Shown piece by piece: positions 42,240 through 56,497 of a DNA stretch of 64,000 nt (its first letter is position 1; each line of letters begins with the position of its first letter). The notes beneath the pieces were generated by a model. It was not told the origin of the DNA, made no database searches, and saw nothing but the letters and a program-made list of their open reading frames with translations. Source of the DNA: the human T2T-CHM13v2.0 reference genome, Homo sapiens. The position numbers were made by a program, and so were the translations under genes. The stretch lies in NCBI GenBank assembly GCA_009914755.4, contig CP068257.2:7424001-7488000 (forward strand), in the 5' to 3' direction.

Positions 42240-43390
42240 CCCTGAGCCTTCTCTCCTTGGCTCTGAGGACTTTACCTTCACGGGGTGAGGAAAGGGTTTG
42301 CATTCTTGGCTTTTACGTTATAGTAGGTGGGTTCGGGGTGAGGTATCTGCAAGTCAAATGAGTATTACAATCTCTACTTTTATGTATAGGAGACTGGGGC
42401 CCACAAAGAGAGGGAATGACAATCCATATCCTGGAAGGCGAATTGTCAGGCACTGATTTCCCCTATGTAAACCCTGCCAATCATCGTGTATTTAAAGGAT
42501 CCCCGGATACCTTACCAATAGGTGTTCAAGAGAGAGGACTGTAATCTAGGTGTCTGAGAAAGCAAGGCTAGAGATTCCAATATTGGAGACAACAGGGCTC
42601 TGGGAAGATTAAGGTTGAGTTTTCTGGATCTGCAGAATAGAGTCACTGAGGAGCAATTGCAAGTTCAGAGGAGATGAAAGAACAAGTCAGGGCATGCTTA
42701 GGAAAAGAGAAAACCAGGGATAGATTTTAGGCAAGAGTCACACTGAGGAAGGGCAGGTTCTTGGCGTCGCTCAGGAAGGAATCCAAAAGCAAGCCTGTGG
42801 TGGAATAAAGCAGCTCTATGGAGGCATTGGCGGTGTTACAGCCCTGCGTCCGCTCCTGCAGGGCAGGGAGCCCTCTGTGGGTTGTGCTCCCAGAGTAGCA
42901 GCCTAGGGGTGGCTTGTAGTCATTTTTATAATTCACTTTTAATGACATGCTAATTAAGGGGCGGGTTACTCAGAAATAGCTAGAAATGGGCAGTAACTTC
43001 CAGCTGTTTCCATGGCAAGGGGTGGGGACTTCCTGTGTTGCCATGGCACTGGCAAACTGTCATGGCGCTGGTGGGAGCATCTTCTGGTTATCTGAGGCGT
43101 GAAGTGCTTTCGCTGCCTCTCCCAGTTTCCTCTGTGCCTCTTACCTGAAAGCCCTTCACACCCCCATCTACCCACCTACAAAGTTCACTGCCCTTTCACC
43201 CCACACCCGTTTCACACGCACTCCCACATCAACCCCAAGCATTCAAGCTGGCAATTTCCCTGTTAGGAACCTCGGTGGTAGCCGGAGCTCTGAAAAACCC
43301 CTAGGCAGAACTCCTTGCCTAGTTTGTGGCAGAAATCAGGGAAGGAAAGGCAAAGTTCAGGTATTTCGCACAATAAATAAATAAAGATAG
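42240..43390. mobile_element. Possible solitary LTR or ERV-derived segment, unclassified
   Basis: Moderately GC-rich, non-Alu, non-L1 sequence with an aataaataaa signal near 43370 and LTR-like composition. No confident family assignment. Confidence 0.25.
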
Positions 43391-43709
43391 GTAGATTTGA
43401 CTGATGGATGGATGGATGAAACGTGGGAGTTTATGGGCAAATGTTCATCAGACACTGGAAGTGTAAGTTGTCACAAAGATTATGGAGTGCACTTGTCTTA
43501 TGACCCTGTTATTTTATCCTAGTATATACACTAGAGCAATTTTTTCTAACTGTGTAAATTGAAAGCTCACAAATTAGCTTCGTGAGAGAAAAGATAACAG
43601 ATTGGAAGAGAATTACCATATTCATTAGTTGTGTTTTTAAAAATTTAAAGTAAAATAGAGACATGATTTTTTTCATGCTTTCGAATGCATCTATAAAAAA
43701 TAGACTTGA

Positions 43710-44720
<1,011 letters not shown>

Positions 44721-46993
44721 TGTCCCCGTGCTAACACACAGTTCTCGGGAGACGTTCCCCATTCCCAGAGGAGTAGTGCGAAATGCGTGTGCCTCTAGTC
44801 TTAAGCTGGGCGTTTGTATTAGTTGGGTTTCCTGGTGTCTATTTAGCAAGTGAAGTTTCTGGTTCCCTCCTTCACTGTGTGACCTGCCTAGTCCTCCTGG
44901 ATTGCATTTATGGAAGTTTATAGAGACCTAGTTTCCATGGAGGAACTCACTGATTCCGCCAGGGAGATGGGGTACTGGATGATGGTCTTCAGCCTTAAGG
45001 GTACTTCAGTCTTAACTGTGTGTTATAAAGTTTGAAAGGGAGGGTTCCCTAAGAATAAGAAGCGCACTTGAAAGAACAGCCCTGTGGTCTAACCTCTCAC
45101 TGGTGCTTCAGAGGAGGATAAAAGGTCGCAGGTGAAGATCCCAGTTTTCCTCGCTCAGGAAATATTAATTCTACTCCCTGGAATGCACAAGATTTGCAAA
45201 GACTAGGTGATAGTGGAAGGTTTGGAAGAACTTTCAGAAGGTTGAGGTGAATTCAGCTGAGAAGAACAGGCAAGGACCTAGGAAATATTCCTTATTTGAA
45301 GGGGCCTGAAAGTGTGGTCTGGGGTGCAGGAGTGACCTGTCATACTTGAAAAGATTGAAATACTCTCCAAATACAGTCCCATTCCTTCAAACTTACCTTG
45401 TTGTTTCCAGTGTCTGAGATATATTAAACCTAGTCCATCACCAAATATAGCATAGATTGTGAAGTTCTATTGGTTGCATTTGATTTGTAATTTAAGACTT
45501 TCTCCCCCTACATAATTTCGTTAAAAACATTGAATTCTATTCACTTAGGTGTAACAGTTAATATTTGCTGTTTAAGGAACTAATTAAACCTTACTAGCTT
45601 ATAAAAAACAACCACCATTTTATTTGTTTGAAGTTCTGTGGATCTGCATTTTGGTGTGGTGGGTTCAGCTGTGTAGTTGATATATTTGTGTTGCCTGGAT
45701 CACAAAACAGGCCTTAGTCACCTGGTGTCTTGACTGAGCCTGGTTGGTTTAAGATAGTTTCCTTCACAATCTGGTGGTTTGTGGTGACTCTTGGCTAGGC
45801 CCTGTGTCTCCAACAGGGTAGCTCCAGACCTCTTCACAATATGACTGTGTCCAAAAAGGCAAGAACCAATGGATATTTGCATCACATTTTCCATTGTCCA
45901 TTCACTGGACAAGTCAGATGGAAAAGCCCAATTTATTGTCAGAGCATAATATGAGGGCTTGGATACAGGGAAAGATGTTATTGGGAAACATGAGTAGAAT
46001 CGTGTACTGTAGGAAATACATATTATGTACATTTTAAAAAACGTAGGCCAAAATTGCTGGGTTGCAAGATGCACTTTCCATGATGTTGAGGTATAGAAAA
46101 GCAAGATGTACTGTCATGGGAATACTCATATGAAGTTATTTGTGGAATCCACATATTAATAGGAAAATGGTTAATACAGCCCAGTATATTTCTATAACAT
46201 TTATTTTAGTGAACTTATAATGTTTCTTTGTATTAAATTATTAGATTATATCTTTAGGTAATATTGTTGCTAAATTAGTAGGTAATACATATTTTTATTC
46301 AAAAATAAATTGTGCATCTAATGTCTACCAATTAATGTACTTGTAGATGTATCTTATCTTAACTTGAGTCTTTGCTGCCACTAATGAGGTGTGAAGGACT
46401 CTTCTCCCATGGGGAAGTTTTTCTTTTTCCGGAGGGAGGAGGGCTTTTCCAGGTAATGTGTCTAGAGTGTTGGGCAGAAGAATCTGGGACCACACCTCAC
46501 CAGTTCTCTCCTTAATCGACGTCATTTGCCTTCTCTTCCAGCTATGTTTCCAGTGTCCTCTGGGTGTTTCCAAGAGCAACAAGAAACGAATAAATCTCTG
46601 GTGAGTTGTTTATTTGTTCTTCACTTTGTTTTACACTGTATTTTCTGAGTTTATGGGTGTCTGTGAATTAAAAAGGAAAAGTGGAAATAAGTAAAACTCA
46701 GGTTGAAGGAAATATACATAAATAAGATAAAGCTGACCTGTAGATATAGACAGGTTATAAAAGCTTAGAGTTGTCTAAGTTGAGTGCAAAGTTTCCTCTG
46801 ATCTTTCTGATGCCGAAACAAAAAAGGCAGTCATGTTTGTTACGTGATTGGAATGGAACCCGAAAAGAGAGCACGCTGTATTCTTGTGGGACAGGAAAGC
46901 TTGTGTGCACCAAGTCTTAACCACCACCTTCATTGGTGACATAGATTATGTGCTGGAACATATTTCACACCGGTCTGGCAGTAAGCACTTGTA

Positions 46994-47205
46994 GTGTTGT
47001 GCAGTGGAAACAGTCATCTTCCGCTAAGGCATGACGTGTTGTGCAGTGGAAATGGTCATCTTCCGCTAAAGCATGGCGTGTTGTGCAGTGGAAATGGTCA
47101 TCTGACGCTAAAGCACAGCATGTTGTACAGTGGAAATGGTCATCGTCTGCTAAAGCACGGCGTGTTGTGCAGTGGAAATGGTCATCTGCTGCTAAAGCAC
47201 AGCTT
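46994..47205 (+). repeat. 42-bp minisatellite, 5 tandem copies
   Basis: The unit gtgttgtgcagtggaaatggtcatct(t/g)c(c/t)gctaaagca(t/c)ggc recurs at 46994, 47036, 47078, 47120 and 47162. The period is exactly 42, so the 14-codon frame is preserved (track ORF 46994-47272). Confidence 0.9.
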
Positions 47206-48199
47206 CCATCATAAGGTATGCTCCTTGCTCAAAGAGTGTGGTCCCAAACAGCTTTTGGGAGGTCCTCCTTGACTCATGGATGAAACCCGGAACATCTTGA
47301 GGACTGAGTTAACCACAGGTCCTTAAATAACTCTCCACACATTTTTCTTAGTTTATCTCTACATGCAGGGTGTGCAGCAGCCTGTTCAAAGTCATATTTT
47401 CTGGGAAATATTTTCAGTGTTTATTTGCAATTTAGCCCACTCTGTGTAGTCTTAACTTATTTCTTCTAAACTCACCATTAACCTAAATAATAGTCAAATT
47501 TAGGGGGGCTGTATTTGTCTTACTCGAGTCTTCTACCATAGTTGAAACTGTCGTACCCAAGCGAGTTAGAGAGAAATGCCACACTTTGAGACGAATTCAG
47601 GAGTCCTTTATTAGCTGGTGACTGAGAGATGGCTAACACAGGAAATACTCTCGGCCCTAAAGAATGGGCTAGATTTTCTTTTATACATTGGTTTAGAGAG
47701 GGGAGGGGGGATTCCAGCTGCAATAAACTTACAGAAGAAAAAACAGACAAAAAACTTAAAAAGACAGATGGTTACAGGAAAACAAACTGTTCCAGGTGCA
47801 GAGGCTTTAAATTCACCACAAAGTGATGAGTGAGGGGGCTCTGGGCTTTATCTTCCAGACAAATGTGGGGGCTTTATGATATTATCTCTGAGTAATTTGC
47901 TGGGAACTGCGGACATCACTTGCCTCAGCACTTTATCAGTTAATTGCACTCTTTGATATGTTGAAAATCAGCTTGCACAAGTTAAAGTCCTTGAGGAAAG
48001 GGGGTGGGTAAGGAGCCCTTGATGTCTTGTAAATGAAGGAGCCAAATGGAGTTTGTCTGGTTTTCTCAGCTAAGGGAGAGTCTATTCATATTAAAAACAA
48101 GGTTAGCTATCTAAGGAAGAGTCTATTCATGTTAATACAACGTTGGGTATTACAAAACATCTGTTCATGATCTGGAAATTCTTCCGTGTTAGTTCTGTT

Positions 48200-48720
48200 A
48201 AAAGAAAAACTTTCAAGGAGTTTAACTGAGCAATAAACGATTCATGAATCGGAAAGTCCCCAGAATCACAGCAGATTCACAGAGACTCCAGCACAGTCAT
48301 GTGGTGGAAGAAGATTTGTAGACAAAAGGGAAGTGGCATACCGAAATCGGAAGTGAGGTACAGAAACAACTCAGCGTTTGCCTTGTTTGAGCACAGTTTG
48401 AACATTTGGCAGTGCCTGATTGGTTGAAGTTTGGCCATTGGGATTGGCCAAGATGTAGCTGTTGTTTGAGGTGCATACACTCAAGTTAGGTTTTCATTCT
48501 TGTTTACCTATTAAGGTAGGTTGCAGGTCATCCACAAGGACTCATATATATAATTATGGAGTCCTTCTCAGGACATACTTAGTTCACTTTAACAATGCCT
48601 TCCCTTTGGTTATTTTCTCAATTTTGAGAGATTGGCCAAAACTTCAGTCACTGGTGTCACTATTACCCTTGCAAATGTACTTATTTGGTTTAGAAACCCA
48701 CTGGGAAATAGAACAGTGAG
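48200..48720 (+). repeat. Unclassified interspersed repeat segment, paralogous to 55340-55800
   Basis: Shared blocks include ttaa.tgagcaat.aa.gattca.gaatc.g, ccccagaatcacagcagatt, gagactccagcacag.ca.atggtggaag and ggctgttgggattggcca.ga. Same orientation. Confidence 0.65.
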
Positions 48721-48968
48721 ATTTGAAAAGGTGGAACAAGGACTTGAGTAGAAGGTGTCTTCTTATGCTGGAACATCCTGTTTACAGGAGAAAAACAAAA
48801 CCTGGTTTGTTCTAGGATTTATGTGTTTCCTTAAAGTCTTAGTTTGATTATGTTCCATTTAGCATGAGTGACTCCATTTTGGTTTGGTTTGTTCTGTTGG
48901 GACCTATTGCATGAGCTTAGTTCAAAACAATGGCCTCCCAGAATTTTGCTTAAAAAATTCCTCCTTTT

Positions 48969-49260
48969 GGCTGGGCACGGTGGCTCATGCCTGTAATCCC
49001 AGCACTTTGGGAGGCCGAGGTGGGCAGATCACGAGATCAGGAGATTGAGACCATCCTTGCTAATACGGCGAAACCTCATCTCTACTAAATACACAAAAAA
49101 ATAGCCAAGAATGCTGGCGGGTGCCTGTAGTCCCAGCTACTCAGGAGGCTGAGGCAGGAGAATGGCCTGAACCCGGGAGGCAGAGCTTGCAGTGAGCCGA
49201 GATCATGCCACTGCACTCCACTCTGGGGGACAGAGCAAGACTCTGTCTCAGAAAAAGAAA
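48969..49260 (+). mobile_element. Alu SINE
   Basis: Alu dimer consensus. Confidence 0.95.
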
Positions 49261-49329
49261 ATCCTCCTTTTCAGTCAAGTTCTCACTTAGTTGAGAGTGT
49301 GACCAAAATGTAGGGCCTTAGCCTCACTC

Positions 49330-49600
49330 TTAGTTACCATTGTTTTGGGTTTCCGGTTTAGCACATCACTCCCATTGTTTTGGGTAATGGTTTTAGCACG
49401 TCACTCCCATTGTTTTGGGTTTCTGGTTTAGCACGTCACTCCCATTGTTTTGGGTTCTGGTTTTAGTACATCACTCCCATTGTTTTGGGTTCCGGTTTTA
49501 GTACATCAGTCCCATTGTTTTGGGTTTCTGGTTTAGCATGTCACTCCCATTGTTTTGGGTTTCTGGTTTAGCATGTCACTCATAGGTTACCGTGTCCTTA
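49330..49600. repeat. Minisatellite of about 35-37 bp period, 7-8 copies
   Basis: Unit cactcccattgttttgggtttctggtttagca(c/t)gt repeated head-to-tail with point variants. Confidence 0.9.
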
Positions 49601-50875
49601 TGGTTGCACATTTTTTTTAATCTGTTGTCATTCCAGATGAAGAGATACCATTTGACATTTTAGAGATGGCTGCATGCAAACTCTTAAAACATTTGAGTAA
49701 GTACAGTGCACCAGGGAGACTCTTATGACTATTGGGATAACACCAAGAATTTGGTATATGCTCCTAACTCAGGGTCCCCATAAATCAAACCACCTAAAAT
49801 CAAATAGATTAAAGAATGAATTAGATAAAGAGTTTACTTGCTTAACTAAGTGGGTTTTTTTGTTAATTCCCTACAACCAAATCTTTATAATACCCGATGT
49901 TTTCTCCATATGCCATGTTAGCAGCTGCACAGATACTTAAGATAATAGTCTCATGATAGTAGAGAAGTCTTGATCTGTGATCTTGGGAAAAGCTGTTCAC
50001 ATTAAGGATGCCATCTTCTTCTGGGGGGGAACTGTCCTTGTTAGCTTTACCTTAAGGGTTCCAAGGGGTGTATGGTTCCGAGTGTGGAGGGACCCTTCTG
50101 AGTTGTAAGACTATGAACCCAAAGTTTAAGGTTTTAAAGTTTTGCTGTCATGTGGATGGCAAGGGCAGTCCTCTGATGTTCTCAGAAGATCCAGTCATCA
50201 TATTCTAGATTGTGAAGGGGTTGGCTGTCCTCTGTGAACCATAAAAGGCTTTCTTTAGCTGGTGAAAATACACTTCAGCATAATAATCTACTGTTTTAAC
50301 ATCAACCCTCTTGCATGGAAGAGCTTTTTTACAATCAGAAAACATGCACTGAAAATGACAACTGAATGAAATCCCTTTATAAAATGTTTAAATGGCCCAT
50401 CAGGTAACCAAATGCACCTGAAGTTTTGATTGTTTTCCTAGGAATATAGGTTCGACAAACCAAACATTGATTATAAACTATTTTAGCAATTTAGAGATCA
50501 CCACAGCAATATATTTAATTTGGATCATTTTCTCTTTCCATGATGAGTTATGGAATGCAGAACTTTTAATAACAAAAGTTTTAAGGACTTAAGACGGAAA
50601 GGTGGCCATCCTGGTTATTCATAAGTCCGTGCTTAATTAACATTAGACTTACATCCTCTTGAATACCAGCTGTTTCTTCAAATTAGGTGCATGGCACTGG
50701 TAACTGATGAGTTATAGGTAATTTGGCTTAGACCATGGAGTGTATTTAAATTATATATCTAAACAATTTCAATATTGGTGATTTAGCATGCAAATCTGGC
50801 AAAATATTTCCTTGATATTCAATTTTTGTTTTACTTGGGTTAGCAGTTTTATAAACCAGTTGGTCTTCTTATTAA

Positions 50876-51189
<314 letters not shown>

Positions 51190-51487
51190 CTAACTTTTGA
51201 GAATTCTTAACCAGTCCAATTATTGGGGGATCGGGGAACTTATGGGGAATTTTTACCCATGATATTAAAGTTATTAGAAACCTGTGTTCCCGAGTGTTTT
51301 TCATGTTCCTTTTCATTCTTTCATGAATCTTCTATTCTAGAATTTTGCATGCTTGTGAAGCTTTTAGAAACTGCATCACCATTAAGCAATTAACTGTGGA
51401 AATGACTTTAAATAGTTATAGTTAAAGACAATTGATAAGGAAATTTGCTTATTTCTGTGGTCTACAATAACTTAATAACCATAATTA

Positions 51488-51785
<298 letters not shown>

Positions 51786-51833
51786 GGTAATTATGATAGA
51801 TAGCATATAGGCATATTAGAATTTTAGAATCCT

Positions 51834-52210
<377 letters not shown>

Positions 52211-52671
52211 TTATTTTGACAGTGCTACCCATGTGACTTAACATGTTAAATAGTCCTGTTTACCTCTCTTTTGGGTGCTTCAAGGGCCTCTGTAGTATCC
52301 CAAAGGTAGAGGTCAGAAAAGACAATTTTGAAGTTGAAATTTGATTTTGGGAAGCCTATTAAATATATTAAAAGTTTAAACACTTGATGTTATGAAATAG
52401 AATTCCAGGTCACCGTAAGTCATTCATTTACTTAAAATCATGACTTAAAAAAGTTTTAAAGGGCAAAAATCTTTACTCATTGATAGAGGGAAGACTTATC
52501 TTCACAAACGATCTGCCTCTTGTTTTTCCTTTTTTTTTTTTGGTAGTTTATTTAAAAGGCAAACAAATTTTTCATTATTTTTTAATATTACCTGAACATC
52601 TTCTTTAAAGAGAGAAAGCCAAATGTCACCCACTTTTTCATAAAACCTTATAGACAAACCTATTATTCTTT

Positions 52672-52978
52672 CTTTTTTTTTTTTTTTTTTTTTTTGAGAT
52701 GGATTTTCCCTCTTGTTGCCCAGGCTGGAGTGCAATGGTGTGATCTCGGTTCACTGCAACCCCCTGCCTCCCCTGTTCAAGCGATTCTCCTGCCCCAGCC
52801 TCCTGAGTAGCTGGGATTAGAGGCATGGGCCACCATGCCCAGCTAATTTTGTGTTTTTAGTAGAGACGGGGTTTTTCCTTGTTGGTCAGGCTGGCCCTGA
52901 ACTCCTTACCTCAGGTGATCCACCTGCCTCAGCCTCCCCAAGTGTTGGGATTACAAGCACGAGTCACTGCACCTGGCC
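52672..52978 (-). mobile_element. Alu SINE, minus orientation
   Basis: Poly-T followed by the reverse-complement Alu consensus. A short extra Alu 5' fragment follows at about 52985-53020. Confidence 0.9.
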
Positions 52979-53799
52979 ATTTTTTTTTTTTTAAAGATTG
53001 CGTCTTGCTCTGTCACCCTCCTCACCACATTATAGCTCTGGGGGCCAAGCTGCATCACAATGGAAAATCATGGAATCGCAGGAAGAATCCACTCAGCTTT
53101 GCCAAATGCAGCCCAAGGGGTTGCTTGGAGTAACCAAATTAACATTTTTCATTCTGCCCAGAGCAAAATACATGTGACAAAACATAGACACGTGCCACTT
53201 TGCTCAGCACCCAGTATCAAACTGGTAAGACTCAAACTTGCTCCCAGATGGGCCGTGCCATCTCTAAATCTTTTTAGAAGCTTCTGCATATTAATAGGCA
53301 TCCCTAGATGAGACTAATTTGGGAGCCCTCATTTTTAAATGCACTTCAGGGCATTATTCATTTGGAATGTTCCACTGTAAGTTATCTTAATAAGATTTTG
53401 CCATTTCTGTAAGACTTTGCTGCTTCCCAGGCCTAATGTATTAGCCAGAAGGAGCTTAGTTTTCCAGAAATTAAGGATCCTATTTTTACCAAAAATATTG
53501 GCTTTACTCCCGGGTTCCCTTCATTAACTTAGCCAATGATTTTTTTTTCCTGCTTAAGAATGCGAGAAAAATGAAACAAAGGGGTAGAACACAAAAATCC
53601 CTGTGAATTTTCAAAAGCCAAATGTTACAACCTTCCAATATTATCATTTACTACCACTTTCCTTCTGACCCAGTCAGATGTAGGAGGCCTCTAACTGGAA
53701 CTGGATTCAAGCCAGTTAACTACTGGATCAAATCTGATCCTGGACCTGGTCCCTTTTCTGTCATAACTTCTAAAACATCCAGCCAGTCATGGCTGGATA

Positions 53800-54500
53800 G
53801 CAGTTTGGAACAGAAATTTGCTCAAAGAAACTCAGAGCTCAAAACACAAATCCATGGAGCTCTGAAATCCGAGAGAAAATTTACCATGATCCCCAGCTGC
53901 TCCGAGAGATCAAAGGACACAAGTGTTACAGAATCTGAGGCGTCACTTTTCTGCCTGAAACCTCTGGCTGGTGGAGCCTTTACCTGTGTTTTGCTTGGGC
54001 CCACTGGGTTAGTTCTGTCCACTCAGCTCATGCTAGTGGTCTGGATCCCACACCTGCCAAGGGCGAGCTGGGTACAGAGCAGTGAGGGGTGTGTGAGCAA
54101 GCGAGCATGGGATCTGGCCACTGCACACAGCCAAGCATGCCAGCTGCAGAGGGGTGGGCAGCTCCAGGCACAGATGCCAGCTCCCTGTGAGGCTGCAGCT
54201 GGACCAGGCCGACTGCAAACAGCTTCCACTGTGGGTATCAGGGAATGCAGTGGCACCCAGAAGCTTGGAGATGCAGGACCTGCAGAGCCCCAAAGAAGGT
54301 GTCACAGCCCTGGCTGGGGGAGCTCCTAGGTCTGTGTTCCCTGAAGGGACACAGCTCTTCTCTCCTTCTCTCTTCTCTTCTTCTTGCCTGCAATTTGGCA
54401 AGCAAGGAGCGCGTTTCAGCCCTGTTTATGTTACACCTCTTTCAGCCCTGCTAGTTGGCAGGTCCCGAGTTCTTGTCCTGAGTCCAGGAAAAATGAGGTA
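53800..54500 (+). repeat. Unclassified GC-rich interspersed repeat, copy 2 (plus orientation)
   Basis: Paralogous to the reverse complement of 37170-37795. This copy extends further on both sides. Together with 54500-55800 it may form one composite element of about 2.2 kb. Confidence 0.7.
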
Positions 54501-55339
54501 TGTGGACAAGTAGAAGGTGAGCAAGGTGAAGAGGTGCTTTATTGAGCCACAGTACAGCTCAGAGGAGACCTGCAGTGGGTAGTTCCTTTCTGCAGGCAGG
54601 TCATCCCAACGTCTGTTCAGCTCTCAGCAGCTGAGAGGAGATGCACGGTGGGTAGCTGTGCCCATAGTGCCCAGGCGTTCGAGCTGAGGAGGGCCTTCTG
54701 GCCACTGCTGAGCCACTCTTAGCCCCACCTCACCCTCCCTCCTGTGCTTGCCAGTGCCCAAAGTCTGGAGGGGGCCAAGGTGGCAGGGGGCTGGCATGTC
54801 AGCACTGCCCTGAGCTTGCACAAACCGGGCCGTGTTGTGACTGTGCCCGGGTTTGGCCTCAACTTGGATCCGAATTTGGAGTGGGTTCTGGAAGCAGAGG
54901 GACGCCAGGTGGCAGGACCAGGTACAACTGAGCCTACGGGGCAGGGGGCCTTGCTGGGCCTCTGAGAGTGCAGAGATGCCCGGGTTTGCAGTCATGGCTG
55001 GATGGCTGCAGCTGTGCCTGGGAGGGCGGGGTTCCTGCCTGATAATTTAGAAGGGACAGGTCTCCCACCCATTCCTGGCTCCCACCAGCTTTGAGGAGTG
55101 CACAGCCCCAGCCACTCCTCCCCACTGCAGCCAGTGTCTCCATAGCAACTGCTCCACGTGGGCCACTGCTGCCATCACAAACGGGTCCTTTCAGGTTCCT
55201 TCCTTGTACCTCAGCACTCTGGGGGTCATTAGAAGCCTTAGCAACACTGCTCACCACAGTATAGCTCCAGAGGCCCTAGCAGTCCTGCTCCCACAGATCC
55301 CACTTCTGACACCATCTATTAAAAGAAAATCTTCAGCTG

Positions 55340-55800
55340 AATTAAATTTAAAGGAACTTAATTGAGCAATGAATGATTCACGAATCAGGCAGCCCCCAGA
55401 ATCACAGCAGATTTGGTGAGACTCCAGCACAGACACATGGTGGAAGATTTATAGACAATAAAGGGAACATGATGTACAAAAATCTGAAGTGAGGAGTGAG
55501 GTCTAGAAGCAACTGGGTCCATTACAGTTCTCAGCAGTGAGGTCCAGAAACAACTGGACTGGTTACAGTGCTCAGCATTTGCCTTATTTGAACACAGCTG
55601 AACACTCAGCAGTGTGTGAGTGGCAGAAGTTTGGCTGTTGGGATTGGCCACGACTCAGCTACTGTTTTAGGCACATACTCCTAAGTTAGGTTTTCAGTCT
55701 TTCTACCTATTAAGTTAGGTTGCAGTTTGTCCACAGGGACTCAAATCTAGAAGTACAGAGTCCTTCCCAGGCCATATTTAGTTCACTGTAACAGTTCCTA
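55340..55800 (+). repeat. Unclassified interspersed repeat segment, paralogous to 48200-48720
   Basis: See 48200-48720. Confidence 0.65.
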
Positions 55801-56194
55801 TTATGACCTCACTGACAGTTCTTTTTCTCTGAATTCTCCTTTCTTCTCAACAGCTTGTCCAAATGTTCCATTGGTCCCTGTTCATCTTGCCCTGCAGTTC
55901 TCCTTGACTGATTCAGCCCTTTGTGGTTTGCAGTCCTGTTTCTCTACAGCTTGGACCTCTTCAGTCTTTCCATCATAGGTTTAACTCTCTGTTGAATGCT
56001 TCTTTGTAGCTATCCAAATTTACCTTAAGCTCAAAAAATTCGAAGTGAAAGCCACATCCTCTTCTCTTCCCTTATGTGTATGGCATTACTACCATGCAGC
56101 CAGTGACCCAAAATGGGATTTCTTCTGGGCTTTTCTTGCTTAGATTCAGGCTCATCTGGTGTCAAGCCTTGTTACTTTTGTTTCCTTGTTCTTT

Positions 56195-56497
56195 TATTTT
56201 TATTTTTTTTCTTTTGAGACAGAGTTTCGCTCTTGTTGCCCAGGCTAGAGCGCAGTGGTGTGATCTCAGCTCACTGCAGCCTCCACCTCCTGGGTTCAAG
56301 CAATTCTCCTGCCTCAGCTCCTGAGTAGCTGGTATTACAGGCATGTGCCACCATGCCCGGCTAATTTTGTATGTTTAGTAGAGATGGGGTTTCTCTGTTT
56401 TGATCAGGGTGGTCTCGAACTCCCGACCTCAGGTGATCCGCCCACCTCGGCCTCCCAAAGTGCTGGGATTACAGACGTGAGCCACCGTGCCTGGCCT
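56195..56497 (-). mobile_element. Alu SINE, minus orientation
   Basis: Reverse-complement Alu consensus. Confidence 0.95.

Noticed and set aside
45718-46104. 128-codon minus-strand ORF in unique sequence downstream of the CpG island.
   Set aside because: No flanking splice consensus, no recognisable motif, and the peptide is low-complexity. I could not support it as an exon.
49330-49600. Regularly spaced repeats that might be taken for a CRISPR array, including the minisatellite at 46994-47205.
   Set aside because: The repeats are directly abutting with no unique spacers. The context is a eukaryotic, Alu/L1-rich genome. No cas-like ORFs are present. These are minisatellites.
53622-54513. 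235-codon plus-strand ORF and 122-codon minus-strand ORF.
   Set aside because: Same GC-rich repeat as above. The peptides have no recognisable domain, and the ORFs overlap on both strands.
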